64,000 nt of DNA. Source: an uncultured virus (IMG/VR IMGVR_UViG_3300011885_000055). Its lineage: Duplodnaviria > Heunggongvirae > Uroviricota > Caudoviricetes. The number at the start of each line of letters is the position of its first letter. Positions within the stretch are counted from its first letter, which is position 1. This document shows positions 22,009 to 32,824 of this stretch, piece by piece. The notes below the pieces were generated by a model. It was given only the letters and a program-made list of their open reading frames with translations, had not been told where the DNA came from and did not search any database. The translations under genes were made by a program, and so were the position numbers. Location: IMG/VR virus record IMGVR_UViG_3300011885_000055. One strand, 5' to 3'.

Positions 22009-23501
22009 TTAATGTGTTGTTTTTAAAACGGTGACTCTAGAAGATATAGCATTTAAGCTCTCAATGTTTACCAAGTAATTATCAAAATCTGAAAACTTAA
22101 TATTATTATAAAAAGTACTTTTATCATTAAAGTCTACCTTAGCATTAAAATTGTCATATTCATCCTTCTCTTTGAAAATCTTATTAATATAGCTTTCCTC
22201 TTTAAAATCCGATATCTTCAGATTAAGAAATGTTTCATAATTAATAGGTTTTGATAAAGTAAAACTGTCACATACTTTGCCATCCTTTCCATACTCACAA
22301 CCTTCAAAAACTGGTATTGCTAAGTTTACTCCGTGCGGATATTGAAAATCATTTTTTCCTTTTTTAGACAAATATGCAATGCCATCTATCTGTAACTCTT
22401 TCAAACAATGCATAATTAATTGAGAAATTATATATTCGGATTTAAATTTTCTTTCCTTTTCCAAAACTGTAAATGAAGTTGCAATGACGAGCGGAAATAA
22501 TTTCAACATTTCAATTTGTAATTTTTTCCTTATGCTCTGCTCACTTTCACATCTTCTATTAAAAATACCATTTATTAATGGTTGCGATATCACTAAATTT
22601 AGTATTTTTAACTTTTTACCATTTTCATTGAATTTATATGAGCAAACATTAAAATTTTGATTTTCGGGTTTATCTAATTCCTGCCAGCATACATATGAAG
22701 TTGTCCCAAGGTATATACATGGTATCCCAGCTATACTGAACCGTTGAGTTGCAATTATACCCCTCATATCAAATGGAATATGCAACATACCATCTCGGTC
22801 TTCAACATTACCTGTTCTAGCCTTATAAAAACTGAGAGGTTCTTCATTCATTTCTCTATATTCTTGTTCATAATTATTAGTTTGCAAATCGACAAATGGT
22901 GCTATCCCTCTAAAAGCATAACTTTTGTCTAACTCTGACACAAAAAAATTTTGATTGTTCGATTTATATTGTTCTAAAATCTCCTTAATTAACAATTTTG
23001 ATTTAACAATATCTCCTTTGTAATAATTTTCTATGGCACAATTAATTTTATTAATATTATATTCTATTTCTTTTAGTAGATTAGGTTCATCTTTAAATGC
23101 AACTTTATTATATAAAAAATCATAATATTTTTTTAATACTATAGACAATTCTTTAATGTAGTCACTATCTTTTTTAATTACTATTGGCAGTGAAAATCCA
23201 TTAATATTATTATCATAATATTCCATTCTAAAATTGTAGGCCTCCTTTTGTTCTGAACTTAATAAGTCCTCAATATTTATTTTAGAATATTCTATATATT
23301 CCTCATTCATGTTTACTTTCTGCAAATACTTATAATAGATGTTTTCTGAAATAATTTCATAATTACCCATTTGAGTTATTTTTTAAATTTACCAACAAAA
23401 CCTGATGCTCCATAATAATCTATAATTATCAAACTGTTACTAGGGTCTTTGTATATATTGGATAGTGGTATTTTATTAAGCAAAATTAAATATTTATCCA
23501 T
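22009..23501 (-). CDS. RES-domain-like protein, probably frameshifted near its N-terminus
   Basis: QRFSIAGIPCIYLG...CWQE and EYIISQL...IDGIAYLS motifs. ORF from ATG 23501 (RBS AGAGG) stops after an A6 run (23379-23384); one extra A would join it to 22009..23370. Confidence 0.6.
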
Positions 23502-23522
23502 CCCATAACCTCTACATACAAA

Positions 23523-24776
23523 TTATTCATTACTAGAATTCAGCATTTTACTTTTTCTTTCCTCTAGCATAGGTTGCTCAACTGAAGTGCCCTCTAATGC
23601 TTGTACTGGTACATATCTATTTGCAATGTTTTCAAGTATTCCAGCTGTAATTTGTCCAGTTTGTTCCACAATACGTTCTTTGCTTTGTAAAAACCCTTCT
23701 ATAATTTGACTTTGACGTTTTGAAATAGAATCAATTTGCATAGTATAATGTTTAGCTTGAAGCATCATATCATCTTCAATTCTTTTCCTATAAAGATCAT
23801 GTGATGGTGTTCCTATTTCATATCGTTCTAGTAAAGATAATAGCTGTGGCAATTTATCTGTATTATAAACATCATCATCTGCTTTAATTTTATCTCCTAA
23901 TTCATCATAAAACCCTTCTATTTCCTTTATGATTTGTAAAGAACCTTTTTCAATAATTGCTAAACGTTTTTCAGCCACCTCGTTAAGTTTTTCTTGCATA
24001 GCTATAATAGTTTGAGCCATATAGTTCAGACCTTTTGCTTTAGCTTCTTCAAGAGCTATGTTACTTTTATATTCAAATTCTAACATATCAAGACGAGCAT
24101 TTTTCATAAGCTCAATTCTTTCGTTTTCCTTATCAGCAAGTCTTAGTCTTGTATCGGCTTCAATTTCTGCCACTTTTACTTTATCTGGTTCATAATTATA
24201 TGTATTTGCAGTAGATGTTCTGCCTCCTCCGTTTGATTTTCCATTACCCCAAAATGCATTCCACGCATCACCTATTCTACTAAACAACCCCATATCATTA
24301 CCTCTCCTTTTCTTTGGCAAGCTACCGCCACCTAAAATAATATCAAATACTCTTTCGACTTGTTTGCTTCTAAATCTTCCCAATGTACACATATTAGCAA
24401 AATGCTCACAGTTGTTTATAACCAAATTGTAACCTGCATCCCCCAAACACCCTCTAGCATAATGAACAATATGTTCAACTGGATAAAGGTCATCCAATTC
24501 TTCCTCTGTATACTCTTTAACCTCAAGTTTTCCACCACGCAAAAAATCTTCCAAGTCAGTTTTTATAACTTCACACTTTGACCAATCCAATACGCTATCA
24601 TCATCTGTTCCGGTAAAATGAATTACTTCTTCATCTGAGATATAAACTCCATGATGATTATATAACCCCCTTGATACTCTTATATGATCTCCTTTTTTAG
24701 GATTTGTATAGTTCCAAATTTCTTGTGGCTCTACATCTAAAATTAATCCTATGTCCGGGCGTGATATTATGCTCAT
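23523..24776 (-). CDS. LRAT-family (permuted NlpC/P60) domain plus long coiled coil
   Basis: GDHIRV...YNHHGVY...VIHF and YNLVINNCEHFA motifs; helical C-terminal half. Confidence 0.8.
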   Translation of the reverse strand: MSIISRPDIGLILDVEPQEIWNYTNPKKGDHIRVSRGLYNHHGVYISDEEVIHFTGTDDDSVLDWSKCEVIKTDLEDFLRGGKLEVKEYTEEELDDLYPVEHIVHYARGCLGDAGYNLVINNCEHFANMCTLGRFRSKQVERVFDIILGGGSLPKKRRGNDMGLFSRIGDAWNAFWGNGKSNGGGRTSTANTYNYEPDKVKVAEIEADTRLRLADKENERIELMKNARLDMLEFEYKSNIALEEAKAKGLNYMAQTIIAMQEKLNEVAEKRLAIIEKGSLQIIKEIEGFYDELGDKIKADDDVYNTDKLPQLLSLLERYEIGTPSHDLYRKRIEDDMMLQAKHYTMQIDSISKRQSQIIEGFLQSKERIVEQTGQITAGILENIANRYVPVQALEGTSVEQPMLEERKSKMLNSSNE

Positions 24777-26845
24777 TGTTTCATCAAATCCTTTCTCATC
24801 TTGAAGATAAGAGAGTTATACTCCTTTTCACGCCTTTGTAATTCCTCACTATAAGCTTTGCTATCCGAAATATACACTTCAAAATTTTTGCGTTTTAAAT
24901 CAGCAAATTCTGTCAACACGTCAAGCGAAATTTTTGATAACTCATTATATTTAACAAAATCAAGTACCTCATCAATTTGTAAATCTAGTAAAACCTCTGC
25001 CCATTTTAATAAAAAGATCCTATCCTCTGATTTTTCAAGAGAAAATATAATGGATTGTAATTCCTTTTGTAATTTTGAAATAAGTTTATAAAGTTCACTT
25101 TCTGCTTCAAACTTTTCTTGTAAATCCCCACCGACTTGAAAAGCAAATTTTTGATAGATATTTTTTCTTTCTTCAAGATAAAACTTGTCAATCCCATCTT
25201 TATATCCTTGCAGTAATGCAAAAACTGTTTCGATAACAGTTGCCTTATTGTCAGCAATATCAACTAATCTCCCTTTTAAACCATATTCTATTAGTGGTAA
25301 AAATCTTTCTTCTACCACTAATCGTTTCTTTTGCCACTCATCATACCAAGCTGTATATACTTCACTTTCAATACTATCATCTTCACAAACATTTTTAAGA
25401 TCGTCTTTTAACGTGGTTTTAAATATCTTATAGTCTTCGTTCCAGCTATCCCATAACTTCACAGCATTTGTAGCAAATTTCTTATTTGACTCAAAAAACT
25501 CTATTTTCAACAATGCGTTTTTAATTATAGTTGCAGCATTTTCAACAATAAATTTAAAACTTGCACGTTCTTCCCTTTCTAAGATAGAAAGTTCCTTTAT
25601 TGAATTTTCACCGCTGTTAATCATCTCTATTCTATTTTCAATATCCTCTGCCTGCTTCTTTATTACCAATAACTTAGCATTCACAGAACTCATACCAAGT
25701 TCAAAATGCTTTTTGAAAAAGGCTTGTCTGTTTTTTAGAATCCTATTTTCATCATCAGTTAAATTTGGATTATCTTCATATTTTTTAGATAGCTTTAATC
25801 CAATTACATTGAAGTCACGAATTATTTCACTCTTTACTTCCTCGTAATAATGAAGCTTATCCATTAAATCATCTATTACAGATACTAATGCTTCGTGATA
25901 TTTTATAATTGATGCATCAATAGATTTAATATCATATTTCAACAATACTGAATTATAATCAAAGGTAGAAGATAATAATACTACCTGTTGTATATTTTGG
26001 ATTTGTTGTTCTAATTCATTTAATTTTTGCATTAATGCAGGCTTTTCAAAATAAATACTTTTGTATAGTTGTGAGATTTCATCATTATTAAATATAGGCA
26101 CTAAGCCGTTGTTAATAAATAGGTTTAATGCAAATTGCAAGCGTTCTTTTTCATTATAAATTTTGTTTTCAGATTCAAAATCTTTAACATACTGTTCATT
26201 TGTTAAAACAGAAGTACAGGGTATTATACACATTGCCGAACTATAAGTATATTTGCTTTCTACGGTATCTAAATTAGTGGTATTATAATCTTTTTCTAAT
26301 GCAAACCACCATTCATATTCATTTATACGCCAGTTAGAACCCTTAGCATAAGGGAATGTTTTATCTTTAATGGCTTTCCACAACTCATTATTAGTTGGGA
26401 AACGCCAATGTAAATAACTTTCAATATCTGTTTTATTAATTATTGTTTTAGCTTCATCATATGAATATCCATCTCCACTTTCCTTACACCATTTATAGTA
26501 ATCTAGATTAGCCCATATAATACCTGTGTCTCTATCCATTAATATTTTAGGTTTATTCTTAAAAAAATACCACCTTTGTTCTTTTATAGCTTGCAAAATT
26601 TTATCTATCCCATTCCCTGATAAAGATCTAGTTTCTTCACTAATTCTATTTAATTCATGCTCCATGATTGATAATTTACTAATTAAATTAGATTTTTCTG
26701 CTGCCAACTTTGCTTGTTTCATATTCAGTTCAGAGACCTTTTGTGCATTATTCTCATTATCTATACCTTCACAGTTTTCTTCTATTCCCCTTATTTTTGT
26801 TAGCAATTCGTCTCGTTGCTCCAACAATGTATTTATATCACTCAT
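24773..26845 (-). CDS. Coiled-coil protein with a DUF1566 (Lcl-C)-like domain
   Basis: DRDTGIIW...YDEAK...WRFPTNNEL motif flanked by long heptad regions; ATGA overlap with the LRAT gene. Confidence 0.65.
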   Translation of the reverse strand: MSDINTLLEQRDELLTKIRGIEENCEGIDNENNAQKVSELNMKQAKLAAEKSNLISKLSIMEHELNRISEETRSLSGNGIDKILQAIKEQRWYFFKNKPKILMDRDTGIIWANLDYYKWCKESGDGYSYDEAKTIINKTDIESYLHWRFPTNNELWKAIKDKTFPYAKGSNWRINEYEWWFALEKDYNTTNLDTVESKYTYSSAMCIIPCTSVLTNEQYVKDFESENKIYNEKERLQFALNLFINNGLVPIFNNDEISQLYKSIYFEKPALMQKLNELEQQIQNIQQVVLLSSTFDYNSVLLKYDIKSIDASIIKYHEALVSVIDDLMDKLHYYEEVKSEIIRDFNVIGLKLSKKYEDNPNLTDDENRILKNRQAFFKKHFELGMSSVNAKLLVIKKQAEDIENRIEMINSGENSIKELSILEREERASFKFIVENAATIIKNALLKIEFFESNKKFATNAVKLWDSWNEDYKIFKTTLKDDLKNVCEDDSIESEVYTAWYDEWQKKRLVVEERFLPLIEYGLKGRLVDIADNKATVIETVFALLQGYKDGIDKFYLEERKNIYQKFAFQVGGDLQEKFEAESELYKLISKLQKELQSIIFSLEKSEDRIFLLKWAEVLLDLQIDEVLDFVKYNELSKISLDVLTEFADLKRKNFEVYISDSKAYSEELQRREKEYNSLIFKMRKDLMKQ

Positions 26846-26861
26846 TTGCTATCCTCCATTT

Positions 26862-27752
26862 TCAATTTATTGGTTCGAATAGTACTTTAAATTCTTTTTT
26901 ATTAAATTCTATATCAAAAATATCTTTAATGTTATTTGTTTTAGCAATTTCTATTAAGTTTGTTCTTGCATCCTTGTCAATTTTACTTCCTAAATATAGC
27001 TCCTTAGGCTTTGGTGTACCAATTAGTTTACTTTGCTGTGTTTTGCATAAAGTACCAATAATTCTCCATTCATTTTCATACTTCCATACTGTCGATTTAC
27101 TCACAGTTGCATAAATTCCTGCAATGTACTTATTTTTAATGTGTAAATATTTTTGTATAGATGTCAACTCATCAGTATATACTACTGGTAAAATATTCTC
27201 TTTGTATAGTTCTATCATTTCTGAAAAATCATATCCAATACAAAAACCTTTGTAAGAATTTGCATAATGACTCCACATAAGCATTGAATTTCTATACTCC
27301 GATAAACAACATACTGCTATTTCTTTTTTTAATTTTTCCCAATCATTCTCTAATTCAATTTTCAATTTAACTAAATCTATTTCCATGTCTTTTTCCAATT
27401 TTTTTCTTTCTTTTTCATAGTGCCTTTTCGCTTCTCTATTTACAGAATATTTTCTTACTTCATTTTCAACCATACTCTTTGCAATTACTAATAATTGTTC
27501 AGAAATATCTATGTTAAGTTCACAATCATAAGGATCATTAAATTCTAATGGCGATGATAAAAACAACTGATTATTTTTAAAAGTTTCTATCTTAATTTTG
27601 TCTAATTCCGCATTCCCATTAACAGATAATGACACATATTTATATAACATAAATGGTTTTTTATCTGTAGGCATAATCAAAGATCTATCTGTCTTGGGAT
27701 TCTGCACTAATGAATTTACATAGCATTCTTTCCAATCAGCCTCTTTCTCCAT
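26862..27752 (-). CDS. DUF2971 domain protein
   Basis: LYKY, FNDPYDC, CLSE...LMWSHYANSYKGFCIGY, KSTVWKYENEWR. Confidence 0.85.
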   Translation of the reverse strand: MEKEADWKECYVNSLVQNPKTDRSLIMPTDKKPFMLYKYVSLSVNGNAELDKIKIETFKNNQLFLSSPLEFNDPYDCELNIDISEQLLVIAKSMVENEVRKYSVNREAKRHYEKERKKLEKDMEIDLVKLKIELENDWEKLKKEIAVCCLSEYRNSMLMWSHYANSYKGFCIGYDFSEMIELYKENILPVVYTDELTSIQKYLHIKNKYIAGIYATVSKSTVWKYENEWRIIGTLCKTQQSKLIGTPKPKELYLGSKIDKDARTNLIEIAKTNNIKDIFDIEFNKKEFKVLFEPIN

Positions 27753-28157
27753 TCCTATCCATCCTATCTTATATAACTATTTCTTACAGTTTCGATATTA
27801 GTTCTACCGTGTGGAGTGTTTCCATTCCCATCAATTATTGTAGCCTCATCTTCGCCAATTATTGGCTTCAATCTTGTCAAATACCAATCAGTTATACTGG
27901 TATTACTTGCAGCTTTTCGAGTGTAATTATAATTGCCATACTATGTAGATTTATTACTCCTAATAACGACTCTTATTTCCTCAAGTTAAAATATCTGACA
28001 TTCAAGTTCCGTTGCAGAAATATAATTCATTTTAAAAATCTCTCCTTCGATAAACTTCTACAAATAAAATTATAATTCCAACTATTTCCACTGTCAATAT
28101 GTTCAACCCTTATTTCTATACTTATCTGAATGTTATTAGCTACTTATTTTTGCGAGC

Positions 28158-28202
28158 AAAAAAAGCCAGTCAAAGTGAATCTTCATCACTCCAACTGGCT
28201 TC
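28158..28202 (-). terminator. Intrinsic terminator after the recombinases
   Basis: aagccagt...actggctt stem followed by a U-tract on the minus strand. Confidence 0.6.
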
Positions 28203-28213
28203 ATTAAAATCCC

Positions 28214-29625
28214 TTATTCAATTACAACTTCTATCTCCGTTCCATCAAGCAGGGTTACAATGATTTTCTCCCCTTCAAACACAGTCATCTTTTCAATAAT
28301 CCTAAAAAACAAATCCATATTAAATTCTTCTATTGGTTCTGCATTTTCTATAATTCTCATAAACTGCTTTGCCTTATATCTTTGAAGCAAGTTATCACTT
28401 TTTAAATGTTCCTTCCACTTCTCCATAAAATAATTCTTATTTTCAATAATTGCATTAAAGGTATTTATAAAAGCTTGGTATAAAACTCTATCATCTATAT
28501 GCTTATTCTCGCAGCTCTTCTCACCTTTTACAGTGTACTTCTTATTACATCTCCAAATAATTCTTCTAAGTCTTTCATTGTTGGAGTTCCATACCTTTCT
28601 CCCAAATGTACTGCCACAGTGTCCACAAATAACTCTTCCAGCAAAAGGATTATCAACTGTTGCATAATCTAATTTACTAATGTTATATTTTTCAGCAAAG
28701 GCTCTTCTTCTCTCCATTTCAAGCTGTACTGCCTCCCACATTTCTTTATCTATAATTGCTGGATGGCTTTCTTCTACATAGTATTTAGAAACCTCACCAT
28801 TATTCTCTACCCTTATCTTTGTAAGGAAATCCACCGTGTAGGTCTTTTGAAGCAGTGCATCTCCCTTATACTTTTCATTACTAAGCATTTTTCTTATGCT
28901 GCTTTCATACCACTTTGATTTTCCATTCCAATTAGGAACTCCTTCAACTTCAAGTTCCCTTGCAATCCTATTTGGGCCTTTTCCATCAATGTAATCTGTG
29001 TAAATTCTTCTAACTATCTTAGCTTGCTTTTCATCTATTATTAAGTTTCCTTCTTCATCCTTATCATATCCTAAAAACTTTTTATGGTTTACCATCACCT
29101 TACCTTGCTCAAATCTTCTTCTGATACCCAAGTAGAGTTTTCGCTTATACTCCTTGATTCATCTTGTGCCAATGAACTTAGAATCGTTAGTAAAACTTCA
29201 CCTTTAGAATCTAAGGTATTAATATTTTCTTTCTCAAAAATCACCCCAATACCTAATTCTTTAAGGCTCCTTACATAATTCAAAGTGTCAAGAGTATTTC
29301 TTGCAAATCTTGATATGGACTTTGTTATTATCATGTCTATTTTTCCTGCTTTGCAATCCTCAATCATTTTATTAAACTGCTCACGCTTCTTGGTATTAGT
29401 TCCTGAAATTCCTTCATCTGCGTAAATTCCTGCACATTCATAATCTGAATGTCCATTTATATAATTAGTGTAATAATTAACCTGTGCTTCATAGCTTGAT
29501 AACTGTTCTAATTGGTCTGTTGAAACTCTGCAATAGGCAGCCATTCTCTGTTTTGTTTGTGACTGCCTTTGAACTGAATTCCCCTGAACCTTTTTCGCTC
29601 GTATAACTGTAACACTTCTTGCCAT
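28214..29625 (-). pseudogene. Large serine recombinase, frameshifted by 1 nt
   Basis: [19 protein letters not shown], recombinase domain and Zn ribbon CGHCG; split at TGG-GTA (expected TGG GGT ATC, W-G-I-R-R) at 29127-29129. Confidence 0.88.
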
Positions 29626-30775
29626 CCTTAATTTCCTCCTTTACAATAGTTGCTTCCTTTATATTAAGTCTGCTGATTACTACATCATCAATTGATGTTC
29701 CTATGCAGGCATCTTTTCCGTTTTTAATATAATTACTACATTGCCATACTATCTTTTTACTAGAGTTTTTACTGTTCCAAGTTCTTCTCCTTAAGGTAGC
29801 TCCACATTTACTGCAGTAAAGCATTCCTGTTAATGGATACCTTTTAGTGTACTTATCTACGTCTCCTACAACGTTTCCTTTTGTTTTTCCTCTTCTCTTA
29901 ATTTCCTCTTGTACCTGTTCCCACATTTCTTTTGTAATAATAGGTGAATGATTTTCTTTTATATAGTAACTATCTATGACTCCATTGTTTCTAATTGAAG
30001 TTTTCTTTAAATGTTCTGGTGTATAGTATTTTTGAAGTATCGCATCTCCTTTGTATTTCTCATTCTTTAAAATCCCTATAATTGTACTATTGTGCCAAGT
30101 CTTATTTCCTACAGTAGGAATGTTTTCTTTATTTAACTCCTTAGCTATTTTAGATGAACTTTTTCCATTAATGTAATCATTAAAAATTCTATTTACTAAT
30201 TCTGCTTCTTCAATATTTATAACCAACTCTCCATATTCATTCTTGTCATACCCTAAGAACCTTGTAGTGTTAATCATTAACTCACCTTGTTGAAACTGCT
30301 TTCTAGCTCTCCATTTTAAGTTTTCACTTACATTTCTGCTTTCTTCCTGTGCAAAAGAAGAAAGGACGGCAATCATTAACTCACCGTCCCCTGATAGGGT
30401 ATTTATATTTTCTTTTTCAAATCTAACTTCTATACCTAATTTTTTTAATTCCCTTACAGTGTATAAAACAACAGCTGTATTTCTTGCAAATCTAGATATA
30501 GACTTTGTAATTATTATTTCAATTTTCCCTTCTCTACATAGATGAAGCATTCTTTGAAACTCTGGTCTATTATCTGTAAACCCTGTTATTCCTCTATCTT
30601 TAAAAACTCCAACATATTCATACTCTGGATTACTAGACATAATATTTTCATAATACTGTACTTGATTTTCTAAAGATTCTCCTTGCTTGTCATGAATAGT
30701 AGAAACTCTAGCATAAGCACATACTCTTTTCTTCTTTTGCACTTTTAATATAGGCTCAATAATTCTTACACGCAC
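29489..30775 (-). CDS. Large serine recombinase
   Basis: [40 protein letters not shown] Zn ribbon. Confidence 0.9.
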   Translation of the reverse strand: MRVRIIEPILKVQKKKRVCAYARVSTIHDKQGESLENQVQYYENIMSSNPEYEYVGVFKDRGITGFTDNRPEFQRMLHLCREGKIEIIITKSISRFARNTAVVLYTVRELKKLGIEVRFEKENINTLSGDGELMIAVLSSFAQEESRNVSENLKWRARKQFQQGELMINTTRFLGYDKNEYGELVINIEEAELVNRIFNDYINGKSSSKIAKELNKENIPTVGNKTWHNSTIIGILKNEKYKGDAILQKYYTPEHLKKTSIRNNGVIDSYYIKENHSPIITKEMWEQVQEEIKRRGKTKGNVVGDVDKYTKRYPLTGMLYCSKCGATLRRRTWNSKNSSKKIVWQCSNYIKNGKDACIGTSIDDVVISRLNIKEATIVKEEIKDGKKCYSYTSEKGSGEFSSKAVTNKTENGCLLQSFNRPIRTVIKL

Positions 30776-30887
30776 TCTAATTACTCCTTTCTATCAAATT
30801 GGTACTAACATATATCACTCTAAAAATAATAGAAGTCAAGAAATATAAAATTGAAAACCACTACCTAAACCATAAGTAGTGGCTATT

Positions 30888-30965
30888 TATTAAATATCAT
30901 AATTAAAGCATCAAATCCTGCTCTCTTCAACTTCTGTACTTGATTTCCTGCATTCTTTCTATCCC
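30888..30965 (-). pseudogene. C-terminal SPOR-like tail of a phage amidase (relic)
   Basis: Minus strand reads RDRKNAGNQVQKLKRAGFDALI, typical of endolysin C-termini found upstream of such recombinase pairs. Confidence 0.5.
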
Positions 30966-31447
30966 TTCATAAGAAGTGTAAAAAAATAACAGCAGTACAA
31001 ATTGGACTGCCGCTACCTAAAATCTTAGTATCTACAATATGTGATATTCCTACTAATATAAAGATAAGAACCTTTTTAAAAATCCCCTTAAACCCTAATC
31101 TGCTAGTAGCGTTTGTGCTCCTATAAGAGATGGCCCAAATGCATAGTAATAATAACTATAAGAACTTGATCCACTCTACACTCCAAAACAATAGCCATAA
31201 ATATGATTCTTGTTAAAGAAATACTTTCTATTATCTGCCGGGTAAACTTCCCAAAATAGTTATGATATCAACAGAAGTTGTTTTCTTGATGTTATTACCA
31301 CAAAAGAACATTCTCACTCACCCAAAACATCAATTTAATATTGACACTTATAGATATAAATGCTAATTTACAATTAGTGGTATTAAGATACAACCTAACA
31401 ATAGGAGAGCATAAAGTAAATGAATAAATTATTAGGAGGTGCTACTA

Positions 31448-32344
31448 ATGACAACAAGAGGAAAAAGTATAAATCTGTTCTTAATGGATGGTAATGCAAA
31501 CGGTCGTATGAAATGTACCCTTGCTAACTGGACAGGTGTTGCATATAAAATTCCACGTACTGAGTTAGATAAGTGTAAAGAAAGAGATGATTTAAAACAA
31601 AGTGGTGTTTACTTTCTATTTGGCACGTCAGACCAGACTGGGAAAAATGTTGTTTACATAGGTCAAGCAGGTGCAAGAAAAAATGGTGAAGGAATTCTCA
31701 ATCGCTTGCAGGAACATAAACGTAATGCTGAGAAAGATTATTGGACAGAGGCCATTGTTTTCACAACCTCTAATAATTCATTTGGTCCCACCGAAATTAG
31801 TTATCTTGAAAATCGTTTCTGTAATCTTGCAATGCAGGCAAACCGCTACACTATTAAGAATGGGAACGACCCAACTCCAGGCAATATTACAGAGGAAAAA
31901 GAAAGCGAACTTGAGGAATTTATAGATTATGCAAAAATCATAATGGGGACACTTGGACATAAGATATTCCTACCATTTACAGAGTCAAAAACTTTTATTT
32001 CTGAAGCTACCACGGACAGTGAACCAGAATTGATTCTATATCTTAAGAGAAAAACTCGAAAAAGTGGGCAGATCATTGAAGCCTCTTGCAAGCAGACTAG
32101 TGAAGGTTTTGTAGTTCTAAAAGGTAGCCATATTGAAACAATAGATTCTCCAAGCATCCCTGTGAGAATTAAGGAAGCCCGAAAAAATGCAAAAATAGAT
32201 AACCAAGAAGTATTACAAGAGGATGTTCTATTTAATAGCCCTTCCTATGCTGCTGCTTTCGTTATCGGTGGTCACGTAAATGGTCTAACCGAGTGGAAAA
32301 CTACAGAGGGAAAAACCTTGAAAGAGCTTGAAGAAGAACAATAA
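31448..32344 (+). CDS. GIY-YIG nuclease family protein with C-terminal DUF4357
   Basis: SGVYFL...VYIGQA...RLQEH; C-terminal FVVLKGS...FNSPSYAAAFVIGGHVNGLTEWK; AGGAGG RBS before ATG 31448. Confidence 0.88.
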   Translation: MTTRGKSINLFLMDGNANGRMKCTLANWTGVAYKIPRTELDKCKERDDLKQSGVYFLFGTSDQTGKNVVYIGQAGARKNGEGILNRLQEHKRNAEKDYWTEAIVFTTSNNSFGPTEISYLENRFCNLAMQANRYTIKNGNDPTPGNITEEKESELEEFIDYAKIIMGTLGHKIFLPFTESKTFISEATTDSEPELILYLKRKTRKSGQIIEASCKQTSEGFVVLKGSHIETIDSPSIPVRIKEARKNAKIDNQEVLQEDVLFNSPSYAAAFVIGGHVNGLTEWKTTEGKTLKELEEEQ

Positions 32345-32347
32345 AAT

Positions 32348-32416
32348 TAGGATTTCCAGGACTGAAAATCATTGCTGTAAAATTAACAGCAACATTTTCA
32401 ATCTCGGAAATCCTTT
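32348..32416. terminator. Long hairpin, possible bidirectional terminator
   Basis: aggatttcc...tgaaaat / attttca...ggaaatcct inverted repeat right after the GIY-YIG stop. Confidence 0.5.
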
Positions 32417-32554
32417 ATATTTAGGGCATTTTTATTTCCTAATACTAAAACACTCTTAGTAAGCTTACAACCGCCTCAGCAGTAGCTTTCTGCCATTCAA
32501 AGTTCGTCTGTGACTCCTTTTCATGGGAAAGCCTTGCATGGACATTCGTAGGTC

Positions 32555-32608
32555 TTACTTCGTCCCTGCGGTCCTTGTAAGACTAACGACTGTCTCAACA
32601 TGCGGCGT
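32555..32608 (-). pseudogene. rlmD: Orphan 3' end of 23S rRNA m5U methyltransferase gene; integration junction
   Basis: Reads TPHVETVVSLTRTAGTK*, the TxHVETV C-terminal motif of RlmD/RumA; the expected upstream DMFP is absent and an in-frame TAA lies just upstream. Confidence 0.7.
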
Positions 32609-32746
32609 GTCTTAAAATAATATCTCATATTATAATTTAGAATAACCCTAAATCATTTACCATGCATTATAAACAGTACTGTTTAAGGAAATTCAATACT
32701 TTATTAAAGTTTATAGTATTTTATAATAATTTAATATAATTTGTGT

Positions 32747-32768
32747 ATGGGCAACAAATGGGCAACAA
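32747..32768. repeat. Tandem 11-bp direct repeat ATGGGCAACAA x2 (integrase arm-site-like)
   Basis: Exact copies at 32747-32757 and 32758-32768 near the prophage end. Confidence 0.55.
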
Positions 32769-32777
32769 TGTAGCCAT

Positions 32778-32811
32778 AAAAAAGACTACGGTTTAATTAT
32801 CTTAGTCTTTT
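32778..32811 (-). terminator. Terminator downstream of the CRISPR array
   Basis: aaaagacta...tagtctttt stem with a U-run on the minus strand. Confidence 0.5.
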
Positions 32812-32824
32812 GTGCATTATAAAA

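Larger units (their letters stand above)
1..32608. mobile_element. Composite, partly decayed defence island of stacked integrative-element and prophage relics
   Basis: Two type I R-M loci, an RT-HD fusion, FRG/RES/DUF2971/GIY-YIG genes, serine recombinases, phage terminase and endolysin fragments, many deletion junctions; orphan rlmD 3' tail at the right end. Left end not in the window. Confidence 0.7.

Noticed and set aside
27805..27825. CGTGTGGAGTGT as another rlmD HVEC-like att remnant
   Set aside because: Opposite strand to the recognised tail and too short and degenerate.
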